Source: Conidiobolus incongruus B7586
Lineage: Eukaryota
DNA length: 37,345 nucleotides
Assembly (NCBI GenBank): GCA_000697335.1
Contig: JNEM01008000.1
Coordinates: 1 to 37,345, forward strand
Reading direction: 5' to 3'
How positions within the stretch are numbered: the first letter of the stretch is position 1; each line of letters starts with the position of its first letter. A model generated the notes under the pieces. The model saw only the letters and a list, made by a program, of their open reading frames with translations, made no database searches and was not told where the DNA came from. Made by a program: the position numbers and the translations under genes. Below, one piece after another: positions 10,833 through 24,220 of this stretch.

Positions 10833-13586
10833 TTAGAGATCTGAACCGTATCGGACATGTTGTAGGGGACCATCAATGGAATCTGGTTCGCTTGGAATAG
10901 GCGTGAGTGCATTGCGATTGGAGAAAGGTGAGTTGGCATTACTGTTGATTGTTGTCCATTTGTCGTTGTCGTCACCAGTTGAGAGTGACTCGTTCATGAA
11001 ATCCACGAATCTTTGTGCGTATACTTTGGGTTTGACTGCAGAAATAGCATACTAAAATTCATATAGCTAATTAATAATCTTAAGTTATTAACGATAAACT
11101 TAAACTTACTCTATCATATTGCATACCCTTCCAGTAGTGTTCAACTTTTTTAGCATAGTTATAGGGTGTTAAAATATCAATAATACCCATATAATAAACA
11201 ATATTGTTTGGCTGATCATTCTCATCGGAGCCTTTAATGCCTCCGTGATCTTTGTAGAAGATAGACTGTTCGGAAAACTGGGCATCAGGGGGAGAATCCC
11301 AAGTGTCTGGAGCATCAATTGGAACAGGATCGGAATCAGCAAGTGTTTTCTTAAGTGCAATCACCTGACTCTTACGATCACCTGCCATACTCACTTGAGC
11401 AAGTTTTTCAGCGTCGGGCTAAATAGAGTGGATAAATTAAAACTAATTCAATGAAAAATCTAAAAATTTAATCTACCTCAAAAGCAGTCATTCCATTGGC
11501 CCTTGGCTGAGCATTATCCTTGGCGTTGACATAGTGGATACCAACCAGTAAACTGTAGTCCATAATGTTCATTTTTTGCAAGAACTGTGCATCTTGATAT
11601 AGCTGATCTGCGAAAATCTTCTTTTTCTCAGGTCCCAACTTGAATTTGCGGTCGCGATTTACCCAGTTAAGATCTTTCATGGGGATTGTATGATTCTCAA
11701 GTACTTTTTGTTCATCAACCATACGACCAAGTGTAGAACCCTTCTTTGGAGTTAGTATTAGTTAAAAAAATTTATACAATAAACCTTACCTTCAGGTCAT
11801 AGGTTTCATGAATATCTCTGTCAGGAGGGAATAAATTGGCCATAACAACAAAGTGAATTTTCTTTTGATAGGGCAATTTAACACGATGTAAGCCATAAAT
11901 TCTAGTTAACAGAGTGTTTGGATTATTTTTAACGTATTTGTAGTATTCAGGGAGGATCTTTCTCATAAATCGGTGTTCAACTGGGTGGACTGTTTTGATA
12001 ATGAATCTGAAATCACGAGAATAGTAGAAGAAACTACGACTTTTTCCTGGAGAGAAAAGTTCACTAAGAATGTATTTAGCAGTTAAAGACATTAAATATT
12101 CGGCGGGATCAATTTTGAAAAGATCACGAATGTGGCGGAATACCCATGGTGCATAGTCTTTGAACTTGAAATCGTACTTGCTAGATGGTGTTAATTCATT
12201 ACCAGTGACATCAAATGTCATTTTGTGAGCAGCTCTAAAATCGGAATCTGTGAGGGCTCGATCAAGCTTCGCAGTACAACGTGACACCGACACACGAATA
12301 CCAGTTAACATATTATACATTAAAGCGTAGTTTTGATGTCCTTCTCCAACTCGAGTACCAATGAGTACTCTGTCTTCATCATCAAGGGTCTTACGCTTGG
12401 CAATCTTTTTGGAAATGTGGCGCGACAGTCTATGATATTGTTTCCATGTGGCTTTGGCTTCCTCCCAAGCCATTATATTTTCATCTACTGATTTTGGCTT
12501 GATCATGGTTTTGGACCTGAGGAGAGAAGGTTTTCTCTGGTGCGATGTGCCGGCTGAAATAACTCTACCATCGGCAGCCGTAAGTCTGCGTCTGTGAGTT
12601 GGTCTAGGAGCCGGATTAATGGAAATTGTACTTTGTCTATTTGGTAGATTAGGGCGCTCATTAGAACAGTCTTCAAGCTTACTCATGTCGAGGTAGTTGG
12701 GCAAACTGGTTGCATATGAAGGAAGAGCAACACTCGTGGGTCTAGGCTTGGCACTGATACTAACAGGTCGTCTAGTAGAAGTCCTGCGACTCAGTCCTCT
12801 ATGTAAAGACATGCGTTTTTCAGAATGATTAACAAATTTGACAGATTCTTCAGAATTAGTAAGTGATTCAGGCTCCATAGCATATTGTTTTTCTGAGGCA
12901 ATACTGAGAGGTTCAAATAATAAACTTGGTCCATGGTCTTCAGGCAACATTTTGGCAGGCTCCTTAGTGGGTGATTCTTTTTCAATAGGTGATTCAAATG
13001 GATTTTCTGGCTCTTTAGCTGACAAACCAAAAGTAGAACGACAGTCCGAAAATGTGCTTATAATAGAACTAGTATCGTCATCTTGTCTTCTTCCCCGCCT
13101 CGATCTTATACTCTGCGAATATCTCCCTCTATTTTGCAGTTGATTCAAATTCATAGAATAGCGTTGAATATCTTCAAAATTGTTATCAGAATTTTTTTCA
13201 GAAAGGGAAAGTAAAGCCTCACCAAAGGGAGAAGTGGGGGCTGATAATAGCTGATTATTTATAGGTGGAATTGGAGAATATTCTAAAAATGGGTTGTTGG
13301 ATTTCAAATGGTTAGTAGGTAGAGATGACGAATAAAAAGTATTTGAAGAATTATTATTGTTATTGTTAGTATTATTTTGCGTTATGTTATCCGTTGAAGT
13401 ATGAAACAAAACTAGATCATCTTTGGAGTTGGGTGCAGGACTCGTAGGTTGCGTTGTAGTTGCGGAAGTTTCGCCCAAATCAATATCGTTGGAAGTTGTT
13501 AGCATAGTAGTTTCTGAAGCTTGAAAGATAGCTTGCATGAAACTCGAATCAAAGTTTTGATTTTGCGAAGAGTTTGTCATCATCAT
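10833..13586 (-). CDS. MSS4: Phosphatidylinositol-4-phosphate 5-kinase (Mss4/Its3 type); 4 coding exons
   Basis: Motifs [44 protein letters not shown] (across the intron 11741-11789), [22 protein letters not shown] and [13 protein letters not shown]. Long low-complexity N-terminus. Confidence 0.96.
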
Positions 13587-16500
13587 TCTGAAACTTGATA
13601 TAAAGACTATAAGTAGAAACAGATATACCGAATGATGGTGATTTTGTACAAGAAAAATGTTATAAATAAAACAAAATATTCATCAATTAAAAAGTATTTA
13701 ATATTAGAATATTAATAAATAAGATGAAGAGATAATGGTTGAGAATGTTACAATAAAAAACTGATCAAACTGAATTTATTGCATGTATGAAATGAAGTGA
13801 GATAAATAGAAATTAGGATGATTTCATTGATATTTGTGAAAGATGCACTTACCCAAATTCTCAGAGATTTAAGTTAAATTAGGAAAGTTGCTCTAATGTG
13901 ACGAAGATTGATTTCGGTTGGAGAACTTGAGGATGGTTAATTGGGGAATGGTTAAATCGTGGAGTTTATAGGTAAACATCACATTCTTCTTTTTACTAAT
14001 TCGTTTTTCATCAAATATATCACTTTATTAAAACTTTATATTAGCTCCAACTAATGATTAATATTTCTAAATTTATCTTTTATGTTCGTCATCACATATA
14101 TCATACTAAATTAATACAATTATTGTATAATTTATATATTAATAATATCACCCTATTTTTGCCATACGCATTATTCAGATAATATTACCAAGATTTTAGT
14201 GTACACTTTATAATGAAAATTTATTGCACAGTGCTCTAAATCATTAAGGATCGTAATTTGTATCCGAATTAAGACAAATAGAGGCTAGTGCAAATTTTTC
14301 CAAATTAATATGAATATAACTAATTTCAATTTTGCTATTTTTGAAAATTATTAATCACTTATTATTATTTAATAAATTATAGAGAATACTAGGAGAGTAT
14401 GATAAAGTATAACATAACATAAGCCATACAGTTTACTATAAATATTGGTACTAAATATTAAATATATAAGACTAATTACATTTTAACGTGATAAAAATAG
14501 ATTTGAATGTTAAATTATAAACATGTGAATCATATATGATTCAATATGAAAATCTAATAAATATTGGAGTTATTCAAAATAATTATATCAACTTTAACAA
14601 ATATAAGTACAAAATAGTTTGTTATAATATTTAATTAAACACTTAAAATAATAAAATAATCAGATGATTTTAAAATAACATCAATCTAAACTTAGTACCT
14701 ATTTAAAATTTAATCACAACAGCATTAAGTTATTAGAAGTCTAAAAAACTTAAATATCACAGTTAACTAAAATGATACCAAGAAATTTTTCCAACGATAT
14801 TTTTTTTCCTTTTTCTAAGGATTTTGCATCATTAATAATATTCATAAATATATGATTGTAAACATTGTGATTATAAATATGCTTAAATCCATATGCTAAA
14901 TTCAATTATCAAAATACTATTATCATTATTATTTGATTATAAAATAGATATTCAACCAGTGTTATATCTATTTAAAGTACCTAATTGTGTGAAAAATGTT
15001 GACAGAGCTTTTATTTTAAAGATCAAATTTCAACAGTTTGGACAAATCAATTATTATATTTATTAAAATACTCAAATTCCATATTGTTCATATTGATAAT
15101 ATTTTAAATTTAAATATATTACTCTATATTAATAATGTTGATATAAAACTTCAATGAAATTTCTATGTTTTAATAATATTTATGCTCAAATACGAATATT
15201 AAAATTTTGCAATAATTTATCAATTATATAGTATAAATATAAAACTCCCAAATATATTTATTAGATTATAATAATTTTAAATTTAATAAATCAAAAATTC
15301 ATAAACCAATTCCCAAAAAATGTTCAAATGCTAACCATATAAAAGAGAATTTCTTGGTAATTGTTATAGTTACAAAGGGGTAAATCAACTCAATCATGTT
15401 GTTAACTAATCCCCAAATCTATTAAAATCCGCCCAAAATTCCCTTAATTTAATCCAACCTCTAAGAAATGGAGTCCATTAATTCACAAAATTAATGAAGA
15501 TTGGGGTAATTGATGTACAATCAAATTTCATTAAAATTGGCAAAGATTTGCAAATTTTAATAGATATTTTTATCCTATTTTATGCTAGAGGTAATTGAAA
15601 TATAAAATATTTTAATAATAATTTTTCTATTTTGAATAATGAGAAATCAATCAAACAATGAAAAAAGAAGAATTTATTAATTTTATGCAATTGAAAATTA
15701 TTTATTTTGTAATTTGACTTTTACTCGGACCATTATACAAATAGAGTAATATCAAATATACATTATCTTGCATATTTATTGTTCTGTCAGAAATATATTC
15801 AAAAAGTCAATTTATATAATCGTTTATATGAACTATTTGATAGGTTTTGTTAAAAAAACCATTATTGCTAAAAGTTTATATATTCATAAGATTAACAAAA
15901 GGTTGAATAGAAATTAAAATTTTATATTCCATTATCAAATATTAATACTCTAGAAATGAATTTTGGTTCTAATAAGCACTTCACTTGGTATATTAAACTA
16001 CCCAATAATAAATTGTTATATAATGCCGAATATCTTCTATTCAATTTATTATAATGGTCACAATTAAATTGTTCCTATCAATTCAAATTCTGAAAATGAT
16101 CACTTTTTCCTAAATTCTAAATATAATTTTTATAATTAACAGTTGATGATACATATATTATTTATTAGATATAAAATTATTATAATACATTGCATTAAAG
16201 TAAATATTTTTAAAATTGCCACAAAATTTCGGTAATGCTTATATTCTAACTATTCTTAATATAGTTTAATAATGGATAGATTTTAAATTTTCGAAATTGC
16301 TCATAACAACTGTTTATATATAATAAACAAAATAAATATAATCAGTATTATTAATTATATAATATTAAATTTTTATTAATTTTTTATGTAATATTTTTAA
16401 ACTAGTTAAATATAAAGCATATTTTTGATGATAGAAACCATATTTTCGATATTTCAAATTAAGAAACGCCCGATATACTTGCCAATAAGAAAATCGATAA

Positions 16501-16762
16501 TAATTATAGTATTTTTAATTATTTCAGTAAATCAGAAGCATGACATAAATGTATTTTTTATATGACTGTGATGATTGATTTAAGTATATTATAAAGGATA
16601 TTACATTATATTAAAAATTATTTTAAGTGAATAGTACATATAATAATTTGATTACAATATAGATTCAATCATATAAATAAAAATAAAATATTAAAAATAA
16701 ACTTAGATTTCATTATGTTAATATGACAGTATTATTGTTTATTAAATAACTATATCTAATAA

Positions 16763-17428
16763 CTATTCGATGGCTAAAGATTTAAATTGATTAAAATTAC
16801 ATTGTTCAGCTAATAATTTTGCTAGCTTTTCCACATATATTTGATCTATTTCGTTAAATCCGTTTAGTGTTTTGCAGTCGATATCGATTACACCAATTTT
16901 TCTCTATATTGATTATGCAATTAGGATATAATCATTGAAATGAATACTCAATTTACCTTGTCATCGATAAATAGAGGCACAACTAGCTCTGATTCTGATT
17001 CGGAATCGCAAGCAATATGACCTGGGAATTGGTGAACATCGTGGATGAGTTGACTTACACCATCTTTGTAACCAACGCCACATACTCCCTTACCGTAGGG
17101 AATTTGAACACAGGCAATCTTTCCTTGGAAAGGGCCTAAAATAAGATCTTTGGGATTCTCTTCATTCAAGAGATAGAAACCAGCCCAGTTGACATCTTTA
17201 GCAAGCTCGGGATACCCAGGTGTGCGAAGTTCATAATATAGGAGAGCTGAAATGTTTGATAAATTGGATACCTATTCATAGTATAGGTTAACCAACTGAA
17301 CATTATAAAAATCTCTAGATACAATAGCTTACCCAATTGGTTTGACCACCTATTAGACTTTTAGCCTTTAATAAAAACTCTTCCCAGAATTTGATTTGGG
17401 TTTCTTTTAAATTGGCCTCAATTGTCAT
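16763..17428 (-). CDS. Free methionine-R-sulfoxide reductase (GAF-domain fRMsr/MsrC); 3 exons
   Basis: Spliced product contains NWVSNLSNISALLY...VNWAGFY...LILGPFQGKIAC...GKGVCG...DVHQFPGHIACDSESESELVVP...IGVIDIDC, with all three conserved Cys. Confidence 0.94.
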
Positions 17429-17529
17429 TTTAAATATGAAATATGCTTATGAATATAGTATATAAAAGGTTTAAACCTTAAAGCCATCCTCAAAAGCCTT
17501 TTATCCTATTCAAAATCTTGATAACTTCA

Positions 17530-17538
17530 TTGTGGGAG
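17530..17538 (-). promoter_or_regulatory. Recurrent upstream motif CTCCCACAA (~100 bp upstream of fRMsr)
   Basis: Plus strand reads TTGTGGGAG. Confidence 0.5.
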
Positions 17539-18434
17539 CTGATTGTTATCACTACATTAATATTAATAACGAATTGCGTTATATCAATTTGAAATGGTAC
17601 AACGAACCCTGTTCTTCAAAACTGGTCAAATCTACCTAATTTGGCAATGAATTCAAATGGCGACATTGAGAAAATTTTAAAATATGGTGACATTCTTATA
17701 TTTGAACATTAGGTGATTTGATTGGTTGTTGATTGTGTATAAATTTGATGTAGTACTTGGAAAAAATATGACAGTGATAATATTTTTTTGAATTAATTTA
17801 GTTTATTAAAGATTTTAGAGAAATACTGAAATATATTTTTTAAAATTCTTGTCTTAAAGTTATAATGAGACGTATAAAAAATCTATAAACTACTTTTAAT
17901 ATCAAATTATTTCGAATTATTATATGACCGAATCAGTAAAATGGAATAACTAACCCTCAATTACAAATTCACCAACTAACCTGTAAAACGATTGAAAAAG
18001 TACAAATGTCTTAAATATATTCAAAATCAACTATACCATAATCTTTTTTGTATATTTTGAAATAAAGTATTGAAAATCTGTAACCAATATTTATAAGTAA
18101 AAATTTATCAATTGTGAAAAACAATTGAATATTATAAATTAATGGTATTGGTTATTAAGATTATAATTTTGAATAGATTGATGAATTGATACTATGTCTG
18201 CTGGCGAATATAGGTAATTAAATTTATTGATATTAAGGCAAAAACATTAAAGGTTAGAATGACTAAGATAGAAAATATAAAGATTAGAAAATAGAAGAAT
18301 TTGGAAAAAAGGTAGAAAGTGGAAAACTAATGGATCGAATAAGGTGATGAATAAGATGAGGTAAAATTGGTCAGATGACTGAAAATAGATCCAATATTTC
18401 ATAAAATTAAATAATAAATAAATGAAATTTATAT

Positions 18435-18507
18435 GGGGAATTAGCTCAAATGGTAGACCGCTCGCTTAGCATGCGAGAGGCACGGGGATCGATACCCCGA
18501 TTCTCCA
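18435..18507 (+). tRNA. tRNA-Ala(AGC)
   Basis: GGGGAATTAGCTCAAATGGTAGACCGCTCGCTTAGCATGCGAGAGGCACGGGGATCGATACCCCGATTCTCCA. It has the G3:U70 alanine identity pair, an AGC anticodon and the ATCGAT T-loop typical of eukaryotic tRNA-Ala. There is one D-stem mismatch. Confidence 0.93.
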
Positions 18508-18649
18508 CGTTATAAATACCCCCAATTTCTATATTGATTTCTTTTTGAATTTCATTTGAATATATTAATCAAACATTAATTTACTTTGTAATAAAAAATT
18601 ATAAAATTCTCATGATTGACGATTAACTGATATTTATATAACCATATTA

Positions 18650-19379
18650 TTATTTGTTATGCCATAATAAAGTCTTTAAATCAGTCCAATAGTTGGAGTC
18701 TACATAAAGATATTGCATTGAAGCTCTCAATGATGGCTGGAGCACGTCAGGATCATGTCTAAATAGCCACATGACGAGACCCCAATTGAGTGCTGCGAAA
18801 AGAGGGTAGTAACTCTCCTGCTGAGGGATGATTTTGCGCTTGGATGGTAACTGTACCAACCCCATCATAACTCTAGAGAACAAGTATAATACAATCTAAA
18901 TTAGCGTTAGCAACAATTCGTATCAGTTGATTACAGATGATTAAAACGAATTACCTGTTTGTTGATATTATTCTCTTTGCCAAAAATCAAGTAACCGCCT
19001 ATCAAACCAGCCAAAAATGAGTGACTTGAGCCTTCTTTATATCCGTTGGAACGATATTGCAAATACATCAGAGTCTTATAGATGAGAACGAAGAGGGACA
19101 GGTTTTTAGCATGTGTTTTAGTCGCTTCAAAAATGAACCAAATTTTATCTTTCAAACTAATTCCAAAAATTAGCTATATATATATATATGTATATTTTTT
19201 ATATTATGAAGAGTTCAATACCTTCCGCTACGAAATAAAAAAGTCATAACCAAAGCGTGAGGAAATCTCACTTTAACACCGTAAACCAAACCATTTCGAA
19301 AACCTTTTAAAATAGCTAATATATTACGATAATCGGGATGATTAATAAAATCATTTATTATTTTGACAATTTCTGTCAT
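18650..19379 (-). CDS. PXMP4: Peroxisomal membrane protein 4 (PXMP4/PMP24, Tim17 family), copy 1; 3 exons
   Basis: Motifs ILKGFRNGLVYGVKVRFPHALVMTFLFRSG, ATKTHAKNL, FLAGLIGGYLIFG, QIVLYLFSRV, LQPSLRASMQYLY and LLWHNK. Confidence 0.94.
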
Positions 19380-20346
19380 ATTAACTTTATGAAATTATGA
19401 TTATTATATAACAATATATTTTATAATTTGATAAGTTTAATTAAAGTTTATACTTTGGAATTTTTTTTGAAGAGTTTTAGGGAAAAGAGGAATGATTCAA
19501 CTCTTAAATTATTATTGTTCAGGGTGGATTTTTAATATGTGAGAATGTGGTTGGATACTTGGTTTATGACAATTAATTTAATTTACATTTGATAATTAAA
19601 CTAATTGAATTCGATTAAATGTTTATGATGCTATAGTTTGGTACTATTTTATCTTATATTTAGATTGTTTTAAATATAATCTGATAGTTATCAATATCTT
19701 AATAGATTTGTAATTTTCTTATTTATATCTTTATACTACAATTTTCATTATATTAGTATATAAAAAATTATTAAAATTTTCAAAGTTTAATATTCATATG
19801 TATTTTAAATATACTTTTATAATTAAAATGTGATCACTTTTAGTATATTTTATATAAGAAATATTAATAGAAATCAAATTTGCCATAAAATTTCAAATAT
19901 GTATTATTTCACAATAAAACTTTAGAATCTATACATGATATATATATATATTATTTGGCAAATATTTTTAATTTTAGATCATGTGAATTTTGCAATATTA
20001 TTTATAAAGTGACTTTGAAATTTTTTATTAAATCTTAAATAATTTATCAATTTGATTATGAAATAACAATGATCAAAATCACTCTCAAAAATCAATTATT
20101 AAATATATATATTGTTTTTAAATGTCGTAATTTCCAATAACTTAGTATACTTTAATAGTTTATATTTATAGTGTTATTTGAAAAAAGGTTTATTCTAAAA
20201 AATTGATCCATTTTTATATAGTTCTTATTAAAGCTGTTATTGATATTTTTCTAATTGTATATTATTCGGTTAAACTATTGTACATAATTGTATGGCAAAA
20301 TTAATATTGAACACTAGTAATCTAAATAATAGTTTAAGTCACAATT

Positions 20347-21038
20347 TTATTTCAACAAATAATCCCAAATATCATTCCAATGCTCTGATTCTAAATAAAT
20401 ATATTTCATTGACGAGAGCACTGACGGCAACAATACTTGAGGATATTGGTCAAATTCCCACATACCACCGGCCCAATTGATAGCTGCAAAGATGGGAAAC
20501 GCCTGCTGAAATTCTGGCAAATATTTATGTTTGACGGCTAACCTAACAAATCCTAAAATTACTCTGGAAAAGAGATACAATGTAATCTAATTATATATCA
20601 GTTATTAATCTGAAAACTATATAAACTACTATAATTACCTGTCTGTTAATCTCGTTAAATTTACCAAATATTAGATAACCACCTAAAAATCCAGCAATGA
20701 AAGTATGATATTCAGCTTCATTATTAGAATTCAATTTTTTTAATATTAGACATAATAATTTATAGGTAAATACGAATAATCCCAAATTTTTAGAATGTAA
20801 CCAGGTTGCTTTGAGTATTGATTTGAATTTAGATTTTAAACTAAAAAGTAATTATTAAATATATTTAGATATTCATTTAAAGATATTACCCGTTAGGATT
20901 AAACAAAAAATTCATAACTAGAGCATGAGGCAATCGAATTTTAACACCATAAACTATTCCGTTTCTCAATCCTTTCAATAGTGTCAATAACTCATAATAT
21001 CGAGGATTTTCTAAAATTTTTTGAATTAATTCTGACAT
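20347..21038 (-). CDS. PXMP4: Peroxisomal membrane protein 4 paralog, copy 2; 3 exons
   Basis: Motifs LLKGLRNGIVYGVKIRLPHALVMNFLF, ATWLHSKNL, FIAGFLGGYLIFG, QITLYLFSRV and SSMKYIY. The two introns are at the same positions as in copy 1. Confidence 0.92.
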
Positions 21039-21678
21039 ATTTTGTATTGAAGATATTGATAATTTGATTAAATTATATTTTTTTATTGACTACAATGACT
21101 CAAGTATATATACCTATAAGTTTAAATTTGTAAATTAAGGGTTATATTGAATCAGATGAGGAGGGGTAGATGTCAAATGATAATTAAGTAAGGTATTTAA
21201 AATTAATTAATTTTCAAACTATTTTATCAATCATATAACCTTATTCAATAAATTATTACTAAAATATTGCTATTTTGAATATATTAATTTAGTTATCAAG
21301 TTTAAAAATATATCAATCGATATACTGAAAAAGAAATTTAACTATTTTATATAATGACTAAATTTGATTTATTATAAAATGCTTAATTTTATATCATTCA
21401 TAATGTTATAATTTTAAATATATTTAAAAATTTCTAATGATAAGAGTATTAAAAAATGATCAAGAAAAGTAAAGTGGATAAGTTATAGCCAAAAAAAAAT
21501 ATGAAGAAATCAAAGAAGGGTATAAAATAGAGATTAAATAAAGATTTGAAAAAAATAATTATATAATTTATAGTTGAAGCTATAATATAAGATCCTGAAA
21601 ACATTTAAATAAAAAGAATTTATAAAAAGAAAATCAATTAAATACTGTATTCTAATAAATATATAAATCACCGAGTAA

Positions 21679-21749
21679 GCCGTTGTAGTATAGTGGTAGT
21701 ACGAAGCGTTGTGGCCGCTCAGACCGCGGTTCGATTCCGCGCAACGGCA
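21679..21749 (+). tRNA. tRNA-His(GTG)
   Basis: GCCGTTGTAGTATAGTGGTAGTACGAAGCGTTGTGGCCGCTCAGACCGCGGTTCGATTCCGCGCAACGGCA. Perfect acceptor stem, GTG anticodon, G-1 not encoded (normal for eukaryotes), and a T-run terminator ~15 nt downstream. Confidence 0.95.
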
Positions 21750-21952
21750 TTGATAAAAACTGATTTTTTTTCACTAAATCATTAATTATATCAATAATAT
21801 TGTATTTCATACATACAACTTAGACTACTGATTAATTCAAAATATATTAATTTTTTTAAACTGCAATTTATTCTACCTCTAAAATTTCATTTTTTCAAAT
21901 TAATTCATTCCTTTCTATTTTATCAGTATAATGTTCTCAAATCAATTTCATA

Positions 21953-21961
21953 TTCCCATAA
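21953..21961 (+). promoter_or_regulatory. Recurrent upstream motif TTCCCATAA (~120 bp upstream of ISY1)
   Basis: Sense-oriented exact instance. Confidence 0.55.
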
Positions 21962-22080
21962 AGTTTATTGTTTAATAAATAGTCTATAAATTCTCAATTT
22001 AATTCAACTTATTCAAAAAAATTAATCTATTCAAGAATAATCAAAACAAATACACAAATATTATATAACTTATAAGCAAA

Positions 22081-23107
22081 ATGGTAAATGATATTATATT
22101 TATTTATTAAATAACTATTTGATATTAATCACAATCTTTGAATTTTTTCCTTAGGCTAGAAATCAAGAAAAAGCACAGTAATTCACCAACAACTTCATCC
22201 GGTAACAATTTAGCGTTAACACAAATGTTTTTAGGTCCATTTTAAGTAGATTCCGAGCCGCCCAAGCCGAAGAATTAGGATATGCCAGAATAGTGGATAA
22301 GAGGCCCAAAATGGTGACGGAAGTGACTAAATTAGCGGATTGTGAGAGGTGGAGACACGAAGTTATTAGAGAAATCTCTCAAGGCGTGACTAAAATCCAA
22401 AATCGTAATATATTATGGCATTTATATAATATTGAATTTTATAATAATTGCTTGTCATTTAGCTGGATTGAACGATTTTCAAGTCAGGGATCTAAATGAT
22501 GAAATTAACAAATTGTTGAGGGAGAAAAGAAGGTGGGAAGATCAGATTATTAATTTGGGTGGCCCCAACTATAAAGTAATTCATTATAATATGCTTATAT
22601 TTAATTGGATACTAATTGATGATTCAGAGGAGTGCTCCCAAAATGTTAGATGAAGATGGTAAAGAAGTACCAGGAAGTAGAGGTTATAGGTATTATTATA
22701 TTATTTCAAGTTATTTGATTATTATTTATCAGCTAATTTTATTTAGATACTTTGGTAGAGCCAGAGATTTACCAGGTGTACGTGAACTTCTGGAGCCGGA
22801 AGGTAACTGAAACTACAGTTGTTTATGGTTTACCTCTAATTAACTCATAATTCCTCTAGTACCAACCGTAACCAAAAACCGAGCCGAACTGTACAAAAAC
22901 ATTGACTCTGACTACTATGGCTATCGTGACGAAGAAGACTCGAGCCTACTAGCTTACGAAATGGAGCTGGAAGACAAGTTAAAATCCAAGGGGATGGGAC
23001 TATTTCCAAACCAAGAAGAATTCCTACAATTTATCAAGACCCCTAATGAACTACCAATCGGTATACCTGAACTGATAGAGAATAATGAAATGGACACGGA
23101 TGAATAA
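22081..23107 (+). CDS. ISY1: Pre-mRNA splicing factor Isy1; 7 exons, the first coding exon being the ATG alone
   Basis: Spliced [15 protein letters not shown]...[52 protein letters not shown]...[19 protein letters not shown]...[10 protein letters not shown]. Confidence 0.96.
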
Positions 23108-24011
23108 TTGTTAATTAAATAATGCCAAATTATTTTGAGGAAATGCAAACATATTTAAAAAGACATTTATTCTCATCTAATTTTACTTTCACATATTTTT
23201 AAAATGTAATTAAATCATTAAATAAGGATTATAAACTAATATTCAATTTCAATATATAGTAATCCATTATTCGTTATTTAGTGAATATTTAGGTAATAAT
23301 CCAAACCGAATCAATTTGAATCATAAATTTGATTATTTTTTATATTAACTCATTTCTGTTTTGATAAATTGAATGCTAAATTTAATAATATCTAATAATT
23401 TTATATTATTATTTTATTTTTTCAAATGAATTAATTTTTCATCAATTGTAATTAAGAAACAATTTATTTTATTACTTTTAACTATATTCTATTAATTAAT
23501 ATCATAATATTTTTAAATTTATTGAAATAATTAAAAAATATATATAATTTATCGATATTTTATGTCATTAAAACAAAATGATTAAACATTAATCAAAATG
23601 AAATCATTTTTATTAAAATCTATATTTATTCAATGGGATCCTACATATGAATTAAATTTTTTGTATATTATAAATTACATTTTTAATTATTTTACAAAAA
23701 ATATTCTATATATTTTATAAATTTGACGATTATTTCGTTGATAAAAATTATATTAAGTTTCTATCTATTTTTATTCACATATTCGCTTTAATTGAAAAAA
23801 TTAATTTAAGCAAATTAAAGTCACACGATTTTAATCTTTAACATAATTCAATAAAATCTTAAGATAATTATTGATATTTCATAAAGTCTTGAGTGTAATT
23901 AATGAATTTAAAAATATCTAATTCATTACTATTATTATATATCTTGTGATCATTATTATCACTTTTATTGAAATTATTTTAGAAAACTATGATTCAATTT
24001 GGATCGAACCA

Positions 24012-24020
24012 ATCCCATAA
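24012..24020 (+). promoter_or_regulatory. Recurrent upstream motif ATCCCATAA (~200 bp upstream of UGO1)
   Basis: Sense-oriented exact instance. Confidence 0.5.
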
Positions 24021-24220
24021 AATTATATAAAAATGATTTTCGGTACTAATAATATTCCTATTGAGCAGCAAATCATTAAAAGCAAAATATCGAATCAACA
24101 AAATTGAAATTATTAAATAATTTATTTCAAAATATAAACAATCTATTATTACTTAGTATATATCAATTCAGTAATCAAATATACTACAGAATATTTGCAT
24201 CTAGTTCTATTTGATTGAAA

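Noticed and set aside
12791..13143. Overlapping ORFs inside MSS4 (also 10778-10975, 11169-11360, 11245-11454)
   Set aside because: Alternative-frame or antisense shadows of the PIP5K coding sequence.
15300..15600. Slightly GC-richer patch that might be a pseudogene fragment
   Set aside because: The frames examined are broken by stops and match nothing I recognise.
17490..17760. GCCTTTTA resembling U5 snRNA loop 1, and the adjacent GC-richer patch with a short ATGGYGACATT repeat
   Set aside because: The loop is not a full GCCTTTTAC match and has no convincing flanking stem; more simply the fRMsr promoter region.
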